DNA of 64,000 nucleotides from Turneriella sp. (GCA_965279515.1 CBDIID010000003.1:4776724-4840723), one strand, 5' to 3'. Shown: positions 1 to 10,734, counted from the stretch's first letter. Notes: a model not told the origin generated them from the sequence alone. Numbers and translations are program-made.

Positions 1-315
1 GCCGTGGGTGATGCTGCCGCCGCGGCTGGCAATCCCTACCTGGTTGCCTATGCACGACCCGGTCGTTTGAACTTTTCGATGCGGGCGAACCTGAAGCAGG
101 CCCAGGGATTACCATCGCGCGGCGCATTCTGGCTAACGCCAGCCAATGCCCGCGATGCCACCCGCCTCAGCGGTTTTGCCGTCTCTGGCGCCTCTGACAA
201 TCTCGTGTTGCGCTGGGGTGACGGCGGGCACGAGCAGGGCAGCTTTGCTTTCGGCGGCTTGCAGGCCTATCAGGAAACCCCAAACGTCAGCGAGCAAAGC
301 CATCCGCTGTTTTAG
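1..315 (+). CDS. 3' end of a hypothetical protein, probably truncated by the window edge
   Basis: Open frame from the window start to TAG at 315, 36 bp before the next ORF; no recognisable motif. Confidence 0.45.
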   Translation, partial: AVGDAAAAAGNPYLVAYARPGRLNFSMRANLKQAQGLPSRGAFWLTPANARDATRLSGFAVSGASDNLVLRWGDGGHEQGSFAFGGLQAYQETPNVSEQSHPLF

Positions 316-351
316 CAAAAGTGAACATTTGTACGCTTTTGTATCGACGGA

Positions 352-2319
352 ATGTCGAAAACTCCGTTTTGGCTAACGATGCGCCATTTGCCCGATGTCT
401 TTGCCGCCTCGGCCCAAAAATTCCCCGGGCAGGGCTTTTATTCCAAAGATTCGCATAAATTCTTCAAGCCGACGCCTTTTTCTTCCTTATACAAGACGGC
501 TTCTGCATTTGCGATCCATCTCATTCAAGGCGGATTAAAACCGGGTGACCGGGTGGCGCTCTTCGGCGATAATTCGGCCGAGTGGCTGATCGCCGACATG
601 GCGATCCAGATGGCGGGGGCGATTGTCGTGCCGCGCGGCTCTGATTCGACGCCGCAGGAACTCGAATTTATCCTGAACCATGCCGAGGCCGGTCTCGTCT
701 TTATCGAACACTGGCGGCTCTATAAGAAGATTGCGCCAGCGCTGAAAAAGCGCGGCGCGAAAGTCTACATTCTCGACGCCGATTTTCCGCAGAAAACGGC
801 GGCCGACGACAAACTCGTCATTTTGCCGGAGCTTCTTAAAACCATCCCAGCGAGTACTGCGACCGACGACAAGCTGCTGGCAGAGCTGCGCGCGCAGATT
901 CTGCCGTCAGATCTCTTCACGATCATATATACCTCAGGTACAACCGGCGAACCCAAGGGTGTGATGCTCTCGCATGCCAACATGATGTACCAGCTGGAGA
1001 TCGCGCCGAAAAACCTCGGCATGTCGCCGGCCGACCGCATCCTGTCGATTCTGCCGGTCTGGCATATCTTCGAGCGCTTTATGCTCTACAGTGTGATCTA
1101 TGCGGGTTCGCATTATTTTTATTCGAACAAAAAAGACCTGATGGAAGATTTTGTCCGCGTGAAACCCACGCTGATGGCTTCGGCGCCGCGGCTGTGGGAG
1201 CAAATTTACCAGAAGCTGCGTGAACGCATCGACAAGACTGAGGCATTTAACCGCGAACTCTTCGATCTCTCTTATGGCATCAAACAGCGGCTGCACCGCG
1301 CTGAAAATATTGTCAACGGGCAGAGTGCCGAAACCAAAGAGCAGGGCTTCGTGGCGGGCATCGTTGAGTCTTTCACAGCGGGGCTGACAGCGCTCGGGCT
1401 TAAAGCCCCCGATGGTTATATGGATTCGATCTTTCTCGTGCGCGTGCGCGCGATGCTGGGCGGCGAGCTGCGCGGTACCATCTCGGGCGGCGGCGCGTTG
1501 CCGATCCATATCGACGAATTTTTTAACGCCATCGGCATCCCCGTGTACGAAGGTTATGGCATGACCGAATGTTCTCCGCTGATTTCGATGCGTGTGCCGG
1601 GGAAGGTCATTACCGGCACCGTCGGCTTCGTGCCTGAAAAGACAGTGGTCGAAATCCGCGGCGACGACGGTGTGCGCATTTTGCCTGCGGGTGAACCCGG
1701 TGTGATCTTCGTTAAGGGGCCCGGCGTGATGAAGGGCTATTATAAAAACGGTGATGCGACGCTCAAGGTTTTAAAAGATGGTTGGATGAACACCGGCGAT
1801 ATCGGTGTCTTCACGAAGAGCGGCCAGCTCGCGATCCGCGGTCGCGCGAAAGATACCATCGTGCTGCGCTCGGGCGAGAATCTAGAGCCCGTGCCGATTG
1901 AAACCCTGCTCGCGCAGCATCCGCTCATTGAGCAGGCCGTCGTCGTGGGGCAGGACCAGAAGAATCTAGGCGTACTCATCTGGCCGGAATATGACAAGCT
2001 CATCGATGCGGGTTATGATGTGAAGGAATTCGATTTAAAAAATGATCTCAACACCATGCCCGCACTCATTGCGATCTTCAAAGAAATCACCAGCGACCTC
2101 ATTAAAGAAGAAAACGGTTTCAAAGGCTTTGAGCGTATCAGCCACGTGCGTTTTCTGCCCGCGAAACTCATGGTCGGCGAAGAGCTCACGGCGCTGATGA
2201 AGATCAAACGCAATGTCGTGCATCAAAAATACGCGCCGCTGATCGAAGGGATGTTTAAGGAGTCGGCACGGACCTCCCTGTCCGCCGACTCCACGGTACC
2301 TCCTGTACCCATGGATTAA
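352..2319 (+). CDS. Long-chain fatty acid-CoA ligase (AMP-binding, FadD-like)
   Basis: YTSGTTGEPKG P-loop, YEGYGMTE, NTGDIG and GRAKDTIVLRSGENLEP motifs. Confidence 0.92.
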   Translation: MSKTPFWLTMRHLPDVFAASAQKFPGQGFYSKDSHKFFKPTPFSSLYKTASAFAIHLIQGGLKPGDRVALFGDNSAEWLIADMAIQMAGAIVVPRGSDSTPQELEFILNHAEAGLVFIEHWRLYKKIAPALKKRGAKVYILDADFPQKTAADDKLVILPELLKTIPASTATDDKLLAELRAQILPSDLFTIIYTSGTTGEPKGVMLSHANMMYQLEIAPKNLGMSPADRILSILPVWHIFERFMLYSVIYAGSHYFYSNKKDLMEDFVRVKPTLMASAPRLWEQIYQKLRERIDKTEAFNRELFDLSYGIKQRLHRAENIVNGQSAETKEQGFVAGIVESFTAGLTALGLKAPDGYMDSIFLVRVRAMLGGELRGTISGGGALPIHIDEFFNAIGIPVYEGYGMTECSPLISMRVPGKVITGTVGFVPEKTVVEIRGDDGVRILPAGEPGVIFVKGPGVMKGYYKNGDATLKVLKDGWMNTGDIGVFTKSGQLAIRGRAKDTIVLRSGENLEPVPIETLLAQHPLIEQAVVVGQDQKNLGVLIWPEYDKLIDAGYDVKEFDLKNDLNTMPALIAIFKEITSDLIKEENGFKGFERISHVRFLPAKLMVGEELTALMKIKRNVVHQKYAPLIEGMFKESARTSLSADSTVPPVPMD

Positions 2320-2321
2320 AT

Positions 2322-3314
2322 ATGACAACTCAGACAAGACCCGTTTCAGGCGAAAAAATCCTCATCACGACCCCCGACCACTGGAAGATTGCGCTCTACC
2401 GTTACCTGCCGGAGAAAATCACGCGCAAACACCCGGTGCTACTGCTGCACGGCATCGCCTCAAACCACAAGGTCTGGGATTTCGGCGTGCCCGAATTCAG
2501 TTTTGCCCAACACCTCGTCGGCCTGGGGTATGCGGTCTATTCGATGGACCTGCGCGGCCGCGGCGGCAGCGACGGCCCGCATACGGGACGCGGCAAGCAG
2601 TGGTCGGTCGACGATTACCTGCTCTGCGATCTGCCGGCGGCGACAGAATATATCATCGCCCAGCACGGTGTAGAGAAACTGCACTGGGTGGGGCACAGCA
2701 TGGGGGGTATCCTCGGTTTTTTCTACCAGATTCGCCACAAGGCTGCAAACCTGCAGAGTTTCACTACTTTTGCTTCGGCGCTGAACTATACCTATTCGAC
2801 GATCAACCACTTTCGCTCATGGCTCGACTATATCAGCGCGATGCAGTATTTTCCCGTGAACCGGTTCTGGCGGCCGATGCAGGCGCTCGCTGGCTTCAAT
2901 ACTGTCTGGAACCGTTTCCTTTGGAATCCCGAAAATATGCGCAGCGATATCGGGCAGAAGATTATCGGCGAGATGATCGAGCCGATTGCTGTCAACGAGT
3001 GGAACCAGATTAAGCTAATCTCTGCCGCCGAAGGCATGCCCCGGCTCTCCGGTGGTTTTCCGCACCTGGCGGATGACCGGCGTATCCAGGTGCCGGTGCT
3101 GATGCTGGCGGGTGACCGCGACTGGCTGTGCGCGCTCGATGGCGTCGAATGGACGATGGACGAGCTGCCCTGCGAGAAAAAACTCATCGTCTTCGGCAAG
3201 GAATACGGCAGCGCCACGAACTACGGCCATATGGATCTCGTCTGTGGGCTCCATGCGCCGCGTGAGGTCTGGCCGAAGGCGACGCAGTGGCTTGAGAAGC
3301 GGGACAACGCCTGA
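2322..3314 (+). CDS. Alpha/beta-fold hydrolase (lipase/esterase, PhaC-like fold)
   Basis: LLLHG oxyanion motif, GHSMGG nucleophile elbow, C-terminal YGHMDL catalytic His. Confidence 0.85.
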   Translation: MTTQTRPVSGEKILITTPDHWKIALYRYLPEKITRKHPVLLLHGIASNHKVWDFGVPEFSFAQHLVGLGYAVYSMDLRGRGGSDGPHTGRGKQWSVDDYLLCDLPAATEYIIAQHGVEKLHWVGHSMGGILGFFYQIRHKAANLQSFTTFASALNYTYSTINHFRSWLDYISAMQYFPVNRFWRPMQALAGFNTVWNRFLWNPENMRSDIGQKIIGEMIEPIAVNEWNQIKLISAAEGMPRLSGGFPHLADDRRIQVPVLMLAGDRDWLCALDGVEWTMDELPCEKKLIVFGKEYGSATNYGHMDLVCGLHAPREVWPKATQWLEKRDNA

Positions 3315-3315
3315 C

Positions 3316-3693
3316 ATGCCGAAAAAGACCACGCCAGCCGAGAAAAAGCCGCGCATTTTCGCAATGTCTTTTGCGAGTGTCTATCCTCTCTACATCCAAA
3401 AAGCCGAAAAGAAAGGTCGCACCAAAGCGGAAGTCGATAAAATTATCTTTTGGCTCACCGGATACGACGCAAAAGGTTTGCAGAAATGCCTGAAAGAGGC
3501 TGTCAATTTCGAAGACTTTTTCGCGAGGGCTCCCCGTATCAACAAAAATGTTTTGCTCATCACCGGCGTTGTTTGCGGTGTAAGGGTAGAAGAAGTCGAA
3601 GACAAGCTGATGCAGAAGATCCGTTATCTCGACAAGCTGATCGATGAACTCGCCCGCGGCAAGGCGATGGAAAAGATTCTACGCGAGCCCTAA
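3316..3693 (+). CDS. DUF2200 family protein
   Basis: ATG at 3316 directly after the upstream [51 protein letters not shown] signature. Confidence 0.85.
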   Translation: MPKKTTPAEKKPRIFAMSFASVYPLYIQKAEKKGRTKAEVDKIIFWLTGYDAKGLQKCLKEAVNFEDFFARAPRINKNVLLITGVVCGVRVEEVEDKLMQKIRYLDKLIDELARGKAMEKILREP

Positions 3694-3759
3694 GCTCCGG
3701 TAGTTCAGCGAATTTCGCGTTTCGCCGCGTTTCCATAATCCACCGCGGCTTGCCGACGC

Positions 3760-4854
3760 ATGGATTTTTTCGACCGCGATATCAATACCTTTTTCGGGAC
3801 ATTGCAGAAGACCAACCGCGAGCGGAAGCTTGAAACGGCTGCCCCTGACAGCGTCGATCTTTGTTCCAATGACTATCTCTGCCTGTCGCAGCATGCAGAG
3901 CTCATCGCCGCCCTCAAAGAGGGTATCGATAAATACGGTGCCGGTTCAACCGCGAGCCGCCTGATCCGCGGCCACCGCGACGTCTTCGCCGCGCTCGAGC
4001 AAAAATTTGCGGCCTGGGTCGGCGCCGAGACGGCGCTGTTCTTTGCCAACGGCTATGCCGCGAATGTGGGGGCAATTTCTGCGATCTGTGATTCATCCTA
4101 CGACTGCTTTGTCGATCGTCTCGCTCACGCGTCGCTGCTCGATGGCATACGGCTTTCGGGTGCCCGCAAAGTCTATTTCAGGCATAACGATGCAGCGCAT
4201 TTGGAAGAGCAACTCGCAAAAAGCACCGCGAAGAAAAAAATCATCATCACCGAATCTCTCTTCAGTATGGACGGCGACCGCGCGCCTTTGGCTGAAATCG
4301 CTGCGCTCAAAGAAAAATACCGCGCCTTGCTCTATGTCGACGATGCGCATGCGATCGGTGTCTATGGTGACAAGGGCAGGGGGCTTGCGGGCGCAGAATG
4401 TGATTTTCGTATGGCAACTCTCGGCAAGGCGCTGGGGCTTGAAGGTGCTTTTATTGCAACCGGCGCTGCCGCACGAAAGTTTTTCATGCATAGCGCGCGC
4501 ACTTTTGTGTTCTCCACAGCGCCCTTACCGGCAATCGCGCACGCGGGCTTAACCGCGCTTGATCTTGTACAGAATATGGCTTCCGAGCGAAGCCATATTT
4601 CGGCTCTTGCCGAGAGCCTGCGCACCGGCGTGAAAGCCGCAGGCCGCTCCACGGGTACATCCGACTCGCATATCATACCCGTGCTCTGCAGCTCAGAAGC
4701 CGAAGCGCTTCAGCTGGCACAGAAGATGCAGGATGCGAAACTACACATTAAGGCGATAAGGCCGCCGACAGTCAAAGAGTCGCGGCTGCGCATTTCACTC
4801 AATGCCGGCATCGATGAAAAGATCATCGAACGCATTTTGGCGATTCTGGCATAA
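3760..4854 (+). CDS. bioF: 8-amino-7-oxononanoate synthase
   Basis: CSNDYL, GAGSTASRL, HASL, FSMDGD, DDAHA, TLGKA (PLP Lys), IRPPTV; next to bioD/A/B. Confidence 0.93.
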   Translation: MDFFDRDINTFFGTLQKTNRERKLETAAPDSVDLCSNDYLCLSQHAELIAALKEGIDKYGAGSTASRLIRGHRDVFAALEQKFAAWVGAETALFFANGYAANVGAISAICDSSYDCFVDRLAHASLLDGIRLSGARKVYFRHNDAAHLEEQLAKSTAKKKIIITESLFSMDGDRAPLAEIAALKEKYRALLYVDDAHAIGVYGDKGRGLAGAECDFRMATLGKALGLEGAFIATGAAARKFFMHSARTFVFSTAPLPAIAHAGLTALDLVQNMASERSHISALAESLRTGVKAAGRSTGTSDSHIIPVLCSSEAEALQLAQKMQDAKLHIKAIRPPTVKESRLRISLNAGIDEKIIERILAILA

Positions 4855-4856
4855 CC

Positions 4857-5516
4857 ATGGCAATCTTCATCACGGGTACAGGTACCGATGTCGGTAAAAC
4901 TCTGTGCTCGGCGCTCATCATGACATGTTACGGCCGCGAGCTGAATCTGCAATATTTCAAACCCGTGCAAACGGGCGATGCCAGCGACCGTGAAATCGTC
5001 GCGAGGCTCACAGGTCTGAATGATTCCTATTTCCGCCCCGAAGAGTATCGGCTGAAGCTCGCCGCTTCTCCGCATTTTGCGGCAGAATCAGAAGGCATCA
5101 CCATTGAAACCGGGGTTTTGGCTGCGAGCCTCAAGGCAACAGCGGGGCAGGGCACGGTTCTCGAATTGGCGGGTGGGCTTATGGTTCCACTGTCGCGCTA
5201 TTATACAAATTTAGATTTAATGCGCTCGGTGGGATTTCCCGCGTTGCTGGTCGCTGCAACGGGGCTGGGTACAATTAACCACACCGTGCTGTCTTGGCAG
5301 GCACTGCAGGCTGCCGGCATCCGCTGTCCCGGAATCTTTTTCGTTGGTGCGGAAAATTTTCTCCGCGCCGATAATGTGCGCACCATCATCGAAATGACAG
5401 GGGCCGCAAATCTCGGGCAGTTCTTGTTGCCCGAAAAAAAACTTTCACCAGCAGAATTTCAGGAGCTCGCGCGCGGGTTTGATACTGCAGGCAAGGTGAA
5501 GGCGGTTTTTTCATGA
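4857..5516 (+). CDS. bioD: Dethiobiotin synthase
   Basis: FITGTGTDVGKT P-loop, FKPVQTG, ASPH, ELAGG, LGTINHT. Confidence 0.95.
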   Translation: MAIFITGTGTDVGKTLCSALIMTCYGRELNLQYFKPVQTGDASDREIVARLTGLNDSYFRPEEYRLKLAASPHFAAESEGITIETGVLAASLKATAGQGTVLELAGGLMVPLSRYYTNLDLMRSVGFPALLVAATGLGTINHTVLSWQALQAAGIRCPGIFFVGAENFLRADNVRTIIEMTGAANLGQFLLPEKKLSPAEFQELARGFDTAGKVKAVFS

Positions 5517-6784
5517 TCTGGCATCCCTTTACACCACAGCAAAACGCCGATGAACCCCTCAAGATCATCCGCGGCAAAGGCGAGTTTCTCTATGGTGCCG
5601 ACGGCAGGGAATATATCGACGCCATTGCCTCATGGTGGACCGCTATCCACGGCCATAACCATCGGCATATCGTTCAGCGTATCAAAACCCAGCTGGATGT
5701 ATTGGACCATGTCATGCTGGGCGGCTTTACACATGAACCGGCCCTGCAGCTTGCCGAAAAGCTTCTCGCTTTAACCAACGGTGACTTCCACAAAATTTTC
5801 TATTCCGACAATGGTTCGACCGCTGTAGAGATTATGCTGAAGCTCGCTGTGCAGTACTGGCATAACCTGGGCAAACCGCAAAAGAACACGTTTATCAAGT
5901 TCGACGTCAATTACCATGGTGACACGATCGGGGCGATGAGTACTGGCGGTGATTCGGTTTTTAACCGTATCTTCGCAGCATTGATGTTCCGAAACCAAAG
6001 TTTTCCTTATCCCACAGAAGGCGCCACAGCCGATGCGATCCTCTCGGATCTCGACCAGTACCTTGCGGAAAATCACAACACAGTTGCCGGCATCATTCTC
6101 GAACCGCTGATTGCCGCCGCCGGGGGCATGGTCTTCCAGAGTGCTCAAACCCTAGACAAGATTGCCGGCATAGCAAAGCGGCATCATGTACTCTTGCTGC
6201 TCGACGAGGTTTTTACGGGAATGGGGCGTACGGGAGCGATGTTCGCCTATCAAAAGGCAATAGTTAAACCCGATATGATCGCCCTCGCGAAGGGACTTAC
6301 AGGTGGCGTGCTGCCGCTCGCCGCGACCTTAGTGACGAAAGAGATCCATGCGGCATTTCTTTCGGAGGAGCCCGCGAAAACATTCTACCACGGCCATACG
6401 ATGACGGGCAACCCCCCCGGCTGTGCGGCGGCGCTGGCATCGCTCGAAATATTTGGTGCTGAAAACACCCTGGCTGCCGTGAAGCGGCTGGAGGAAAAAA
6501 TGTCGGCTTATGGGCAAGATCTCATGCGGCGTTTCCCCGAAAAAATCACGGCGGCGCGCAGCTGCGGTGCGGTCAGCGCTGTGAACCTGATTTCCCGGGA
6601 AGAAAAGCCCGGCTATGTCTTTTCGGCGGCAAAGGCGATACGCAGAGAGGCCCTGGCAGAGGGGGTAATCCTACGCCCGCTGGGTGATGTAATCTACGTG
6701 ACACCGCCTTACAATATTTCGGATGCTGCGCTCGAAAAAGTTTTTGCGGTGATCGCCCGAATTCTGGAAAAACATGAAGTCTGA
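5513..6784 (+). CDS. bioA: Adenosylmethionine-8-amino-7-oxononanoate transaminase
   Basis: [49 protein letters not shown]. Confidence 0.95.
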   Translation: MIWHPFTPQQNADEPLKIIRGKGEFLYGADGREYIDAIASWWTAIHGHNHRHIVQRIKTQLDVLDHVMLGGFTHEPALQLAEKLLALTNGDFHKIFYSDNGSTAVEIMLKLAVQYWHNLGKPQKNTFIKFDVNYHGDTIGAMSTGGDSVFNRIFAALMFRNQSFPYPTEGATADAILSDLDQYLAENHNTVAGIILEPLIAAAGGMVFQSAQTLDKIAGIAKRHHVLLLLDEVFTGMGRTGAMFAYQKAIVKPDMIALAKGLTGGVLPLAATLVTKEIHAAFLSEEPAKTFYHGHTMTGNPPGCAAALASLEIFGAENTLAAVKRLEEKMSAYGQDLMRRFPEKITAARSCGAVSAVNLISREEKPGYVFSAAKAIRREALAEGVILRPLGDVIYVTPPYNISDAALEKVFAVIARILEKHEV

Positions 6785-7829
6785 AGCAGCCAGTGTAATC
6801 GATAAAATTGAAGCGTTAAATATACTTACCGGCAAGACGCCGCTGTATCTAGCCCTGTCGCGCGCCGCGGAGCTCCGGGAGAAATATTTCGGCAAAACGG
6901 TGCGCATCCATATTCTCGATAACATTAAAAACGGCCGCTGCGCAGAGGATTGCGGTTATTGCGCACAACGCAAAGACGCGCATTCAGGCATCGCCGACTA
7001 TCCGCTGAAAAGCGACGAAGAGATTTTTGCCGATGCGCTGCAGGCAAAACAAAACGGCGCCTATCGCTTCTGTATGGTGACTTCAGGTACAGGTCCCTCC
7101 AAAAACGCTACCGAGCGTCTCGCCGGGGTTATCCGCCGCATTTCAGAGGAGCTGGGAATGCGCGTCTGCCTGTCAGCCGGCCTTCTCGACGGCGAAAAGG
7201 CAGATGTCCTCGCGCGTGCGGGTCTCGACCGCTATAACCACAACCTCAATACTTCAGAGAGCCATTATCCGCAGATCTGTACAACACACACCTACGCAGA
7301 AAGAAAACAGACACTGGCGGCCCTGAACGGTGCCGGTGTCGGCCTGTGCTCGGGTGTGATTGTCGGCATGGGCGAAACTGCGCAGGATCTTGTGGATGCG
7401 GCCTTTGCGCTGAAAGATTTTCGCGTGATTTCCATACCGGTGAATTTTTTTATCCCGGTACCGGGCCATGCAGTTCAGAACGCCGCGCCGCTGACTCCCG
7501 AATTTTGCCTGCGTTCGCTGATCGTCTTTCGTCTCATCCATCCTGATTCAGAAATACGCATCGCTGCGGGCCGCGAGGGTCATCTCAGGGGATTACAATC
7601 TACAGCGCTCATGGCAGCAAATTCGCTGTTCGCGTCGGGATATCTCAATGTGAAGGGATCGAATATCGCAGAGACAATGGCGATGATCCGCGACGCAGGT
7701 TATGAACCGGAAATGGAAGCGGGCACGGTACCCTCAGCAGAGGAGTTGTCGCTGGCTGACCTGCCGGCAAAAGGCACATTGTATTCGCCGGATAATTTTC
7801 CCGAACTGCTTAAATTCCGGAAAGTTTAG
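6774..7829 (+). CDS. bioB: Biotin synthase (radical SAM)
   Basis: [11 protein letters not shown]xxxCxxC motif, [25 protein letters not shown]. Confidence 0.95.
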   Translation: MKSEAASVIDKIEALNILTGKTPLYLALSRAAELREKYFGKTVRIHILDNIKNGRCAEDCGYCAQRKDAHSGIADYPLKSDEEIFADALQAKQNGAYRFCMVTSGTGPSKNATERLAGVIRRISEELGMRVCLSAGLLDGEKADVLARAGLDRYNHNLNTSESHYPQICTTHTYAERKQTLAALNGAGVGLCSGVIVGMGETAQDLVDAAFALKDFRVISIPVNFFIPVPGHAVQNAAPLTPEFCLRSLIVFRLIHPDSEIRIAAGREGHLRGLQSTALMAANSLFASGYLNVKGSNIAETMAMIRDAGYEPEMEAGTVPSAEELSLADLPAKGTLYSPDNFPELLKFRKV

Positions 7830-7831
7830 CT

Positions 7832-8968
7832 CTAGCGAACGGATTTCAAGACTTTCGCGAATTTTTCGAGATCTGTGTCGGCAAAATTCAGGTGCGGCGA
7901 GAAACGGATGTTGCCCTCGCGGAAAGCGCAGACGACACCCGATTTCATGAGCGCCGCGTGCAGCTGCGTCATGTCGCCGTCACGCCTTCCCGAGACAATG
8001 GCCGTCTGGTCGGCGCCAAAACCATCGCGGAGCAGGGTAAAGCTGTTTTCGCGTAAAATGGCGCCGAGCTTGTCGGCTAAATGAAAGAGCCGCGCCTGCA
8101 CTGCAGTAAAGCCGATTGTGTCGAGAAAACGCAGCGAGCTCTCCAGGAAAATCCAGTTCATATAAGGCGCAGTCGACAGCATGAAACGTTCGACGCTCTC
8201 TTTATAATCTTCGCGGTGCGGCAGGTAAACCTCGTCGTTCTTGACGGAAGAGGTGCCGGCGACGCGGATATCCAGCTTTTTCAGGAAGCTATCTGCCACA
8301 TAGAGGCCGCCTGAACCCAAAGGGCCCAGCAGCCATTTCCAGCACGAGAAAGCCATCGCATCGACCCCCAGCGCTTTGACGTCGATTTCGACATGTCCCG
8401 CGCCCTGCGCGGCATCGAGAATAAACGCCACGCCCCGGCTTTTGAGTAACCTGCCGATGGCAGCCAGGTCAAACTTCATACCGGTCAGCCAGTCGACCGC
8501 CGACAGCGACATCACGCGCACATTGGTTGTGAGCTCGGCCTTGATATTTTCGAGAAATTCCGCGTTGGATGTCCCCGGTGAAACAAAGCCGATTTCCACG
8601 CCGAGGCGTTTCAGCTGCAGGAAAGGATAGACATTGCTGGGGTATTCGCGTTCGACGAGCAGAATTTTATCGCCGCGCTCGAGCGGCAGGCTCTGCGCGA
8701 TAAAGGTCATGCCTTCGGCTGTATTGGCGAGCAGCGCATATTCATGCGCCTCGCCGCCCAAAAGTTTGGCGAAATAATTCTGAATATTGCGCTTGGTCTG
8801 GCCATGCGGTTTTAGGGTCTGCAGTACACCCGCCTGGGAAAAGGCATCGAGGTAACCTTTGAGTTCATCTGCTGAAGTTTTGGGCGGTACGCTGACACCA
8901 CAGTTATTGAGCCACACGAGATCGTCGCGCAGGTCAAATTTTTTACGGACTTCCTGGAAATCTGTCAT
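7832..8968 (-). CDS. Aminotransferase class V PLP enzyme (cysteine desulfurase/lyase-like)
   Basis: NTAEG, EYPSN, LDAAQGAG, SCWKWLLGP PLP-Lys motif, IRFSPH. Confidence 0.85.
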   Translation of the reverse strand: MTDFQEVRKKFDLRDDLVWLNNCGVSVPPKTSADELKGYLDAFSQAGVLQTLKPHGQTKRNIQNYFAKLLGGEAHEYALLANTAEGMTFIAQSLPLERGDKILLVEREYPSNVYPFLQLKRLGVEIGFVSPGTSNAEFLENIKAELTTNVRVMSLSAVDWLTGMKFDLAAIGRLLKSRGVAFILDAAQGAGHVEIDVKALGVDAMAFSCWKWLLGPLGSGGLYVADSFLKKLDIRVAGTSSVKNDEVYLPHREDYKESVERFMLSTAPYMNWIFLESSLRFLDTIGFTAVQARLFHLADKLGAILRENSFTLLRDGFGADQTAIVSGRRDGDMTQLHAALMKSGVVCAFREGNIRFSPHLNFADTDLEKFAKVLKSVR

Positions 8969-9003
8969 ATAATAGCAGCGGGTTTTATGCGCTGCTCAGG
9001 CTG

Positions 9004-9753
9004 TCACTTGGGTTTAGCTTTTTTCGCTTTGGCTTTTTTGCGCTTCGCGGCCGGCTTCTTCGCCGCCTTGGCTTCGGGCTTTAGTTTCATGCCCTGTATC
9101 AGGTATATGAGTCCCTTGAGTTTTTGCGCCTTGAGTCTCTCGGCAAGGCCCAGGACTTCTTTTTCACCCAGAAAGTGTATGAGTTCGAGAACGTTTTTCG
9201 ACCCAACGCTTTTGATCAGCGATGAGAGATGCTCCACACTGTCAGCTTTGATGAGGCTACGTAGGAAATCCACCTTGAGGCGGGTTGCCAGCGGCGCCAG
9301 CTCGGCCATCGGTACTTTTTTCACGAGGCCGACGAGATTATCGGTCGGCAGATCGCGCGCGAGCACCAGAGCACGCTCAGGGCCTGTGGCCGTCAAAAGT
9401 TCGAGCATGCGCCCGACGCCGATACCCTGGATAATGCGCACGAGGCGGGTACTTTCAAGGTGGCTGAGAAAGAGCACGATATTATCGACTTCCACGCTGT
9501 TGAGCAGCGCGATCGAATCTTCGGCAGAGAGCGCATTCATGAGCGCGACGAGCGCTTCGACTTCGCTGCGCTTGACGATGGCCGCAACGGTGCGCACCGA
9601 AGAGTGGCGCAACACGCTGAGAATCTTTTGGTGTTCAATATTGCGGGAGAGATAGGTGAGTTTATCGCCGGGCATCGTCGACAACAGTACGATGACCTTG
9701 CCGGGGCCCAGCACGGTCAGGTATTCGAGACCTTTGGCGAGTTCAGAGGCCAT
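9004..9753 (-). CDS. Hypothetical helical-repeat protein with Lys/Ala-rich C-terminal tail
   Basis: Roughly 12-residue amphipathic Leu/Val repeats; tail KPEAKAAKKPAAKRKKAKAKKAKPK. Confidence 0.7.
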   Translation of the reverse strand: MASELAKGLEYLTVLGPGKVIVLLSTMPGDKLTYLSRNIEHQKILSVLRHSSVRTVAAIVKRSEVEALVALMNALSAEDSIALLNSVEVDNIVLFLSHLESTRLVRIIQGIGVGRMLELLTATGPERALVLARDLPTDNLVGLVKKVPMAELAPLATRLKVDFLRSLIKADSVEHLSSLIKSVGSKNVLELIHFLGEKEVLGLAERLKAQKLKGLIYLIQGMKLKPEAKAAKKPAAKRKKAKAKKAKPK

Positions 9754-9810
9754 GTGACATAAGGTTCAGGCGAAACAGGGCGAAAAGGCGAACCCGTATG
9801 CGGGCTCAAA

Positions 9811-9839
9811 GCCCGCTGCGGCATTTCACCGAAGCGGGC
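9811..9839 (-). terminator. Putative hairpin terminator/processing stem downstream of tRNA-Asp
   Basis: GCCCGCT...AGCGGGC stem followed by TTT on the minus strand, a few nt after the tRNA 3' end. Confidence 0.45.
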
Positions 9840-9844
9840 CAGTG

Positions 9845-9918
9845 CGGGGTTGGCGGGACTCGAACCCGTGACCTTCCACGTGACAGGCGGATGCTCTAAC
9901 CAACTGAGCTACAACCCC
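9845..9918 (-). tRNA. tRNA-Asp (anticodon GTC), CCA not encoded
   Basis: Reverse complement GGGGTTG-TAGCTCAGTTGGTTAGAGC-ATCCGC-CTGTCAC-GTGGA-AGGTC-ACGGGTTCGAGTCCCGC-CAACCCC-G folds as a cloverleaf. Confidence 0.96.
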
Positions 9919-9931
9919 AAAAAATCCAATA

Positions 9932-9991
9932 AGGCGTATGCTCTAACCAACTGCGACCCATACGGGTCTCCGTCTTCGGAGCTACAACCCC
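9932..9991 (-). repeat. Partial duplicate of the tRNA-Asp 5' half with a 26-nt palindromic insert
   Basis: aggcgtatgctctaaccaactg (9932-9953) + insert (9954-9979) + agctacaacccc (9980-9991) matches tRNA 9885-9918 with one mismatch apart from the insert. Confidence 0.85.
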
Positions 9992-10058
9992 ATTAAAAAA
10001 TGGTGTGGCAAAATGTGGATTTGAGACAAGGTGTCTATGAAAAGTCGCAAGGAAAGTA

Positions 10059-10079
10059 CCCGGGCGAAAGCCGCCCGGG
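10059..10079 (-). terminator. Putative terminator hairpin
   Basis: CCCGGGCG/CGCCCGGG 8-bp stem 11 nt after the stop of 10091-10567; weak U tract (TACTTT). Confidence 0.45.
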
Positions 10080-10090
10080 AAGCGTTAGGA

Positions 10091-10567
10091 TTATTGGATG
10101 GGTTTGATGCCGGTCAAAATACGCACGAGAGCCTTGTGGTGCTTCTTCGCGCCTTCTTCAGAGATAATGCCGAATACCATGAGAACCTTGCCCGTGGGTG
10201 TCTTGATCAGCATAACGCCGACTTCCACCGGATGGCCTTCGACGGTGCCCTTGCCGTCGACGCTATGCGCTTGCATGCCGTTTACGGTCAGGTCTTCCCC
10301 GGCGCCGTGCGTCAGGTTCTGCACCATTTTATTCAGCTCGCCGTCGAGTGCGCTCATTGCCGCTTCGACACTGTCACCACCCATGACAATAAAGCTGAGG
10401 CTGGCGAGACCGTCCTTGGTTTCCGCGTGCAAAGAATGATCGTCCCCTGAAACTTTCCAGTTACCGGGAATGTCGACCACTACGCCTGAATCCGCGTGCG
10501 GGTATTTTTTAGCCGAAAGGGTGCCGGCCGCGATAAGTACAACAGCTAGAATTAAAAGTTTTTTCAT
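10091..10567 (-). CDS. Secreted hypothetical protein (possibly PsbP/DcrB-like beta fold)
   Basis: Signal peptide MKKLLILAVVLIAAGTLSA; GGAGG RBS upstream; xPxxW motif (IPGNW). Confidence 0.75.
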   Translation of the reverse strand: MKKLLILAVVLIAAGTLSAKKYPHADSGVVVDIPGNWKVSGDDHSLHAETKDGLASLSFIVMGGDSVEAAMSALDGELNKMVQNLTHGAGEDLTVNGMQAHSVDGKGTVEGHPVEVGVMLIKTPTGKVLMVFGIISEEGAKKHHKALVRILTGIKPIQ

Positions 10568-10734
10568 ATTTTCCTCCGAAATTTTTTTGGAGTTGGACTG
10601 TCTTCAGGCAAGCATGGTGCGTCAATAGGTATACCTTGCACGGCTGTTACAGCGCACGGGATGTTCATCCTATACGACTGACGAAGCCACAGCGATAACT
10701 ATTGACGTCGCGCATGGTTCCGGTTTGTAAAGCC

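Noticed and set aside
8987..9655. 222-aa plus-strand ORF, and similar antisense ORFs across the window
   Set aside because: Shadow frames of better-supported genes; no motifs and atypical composition
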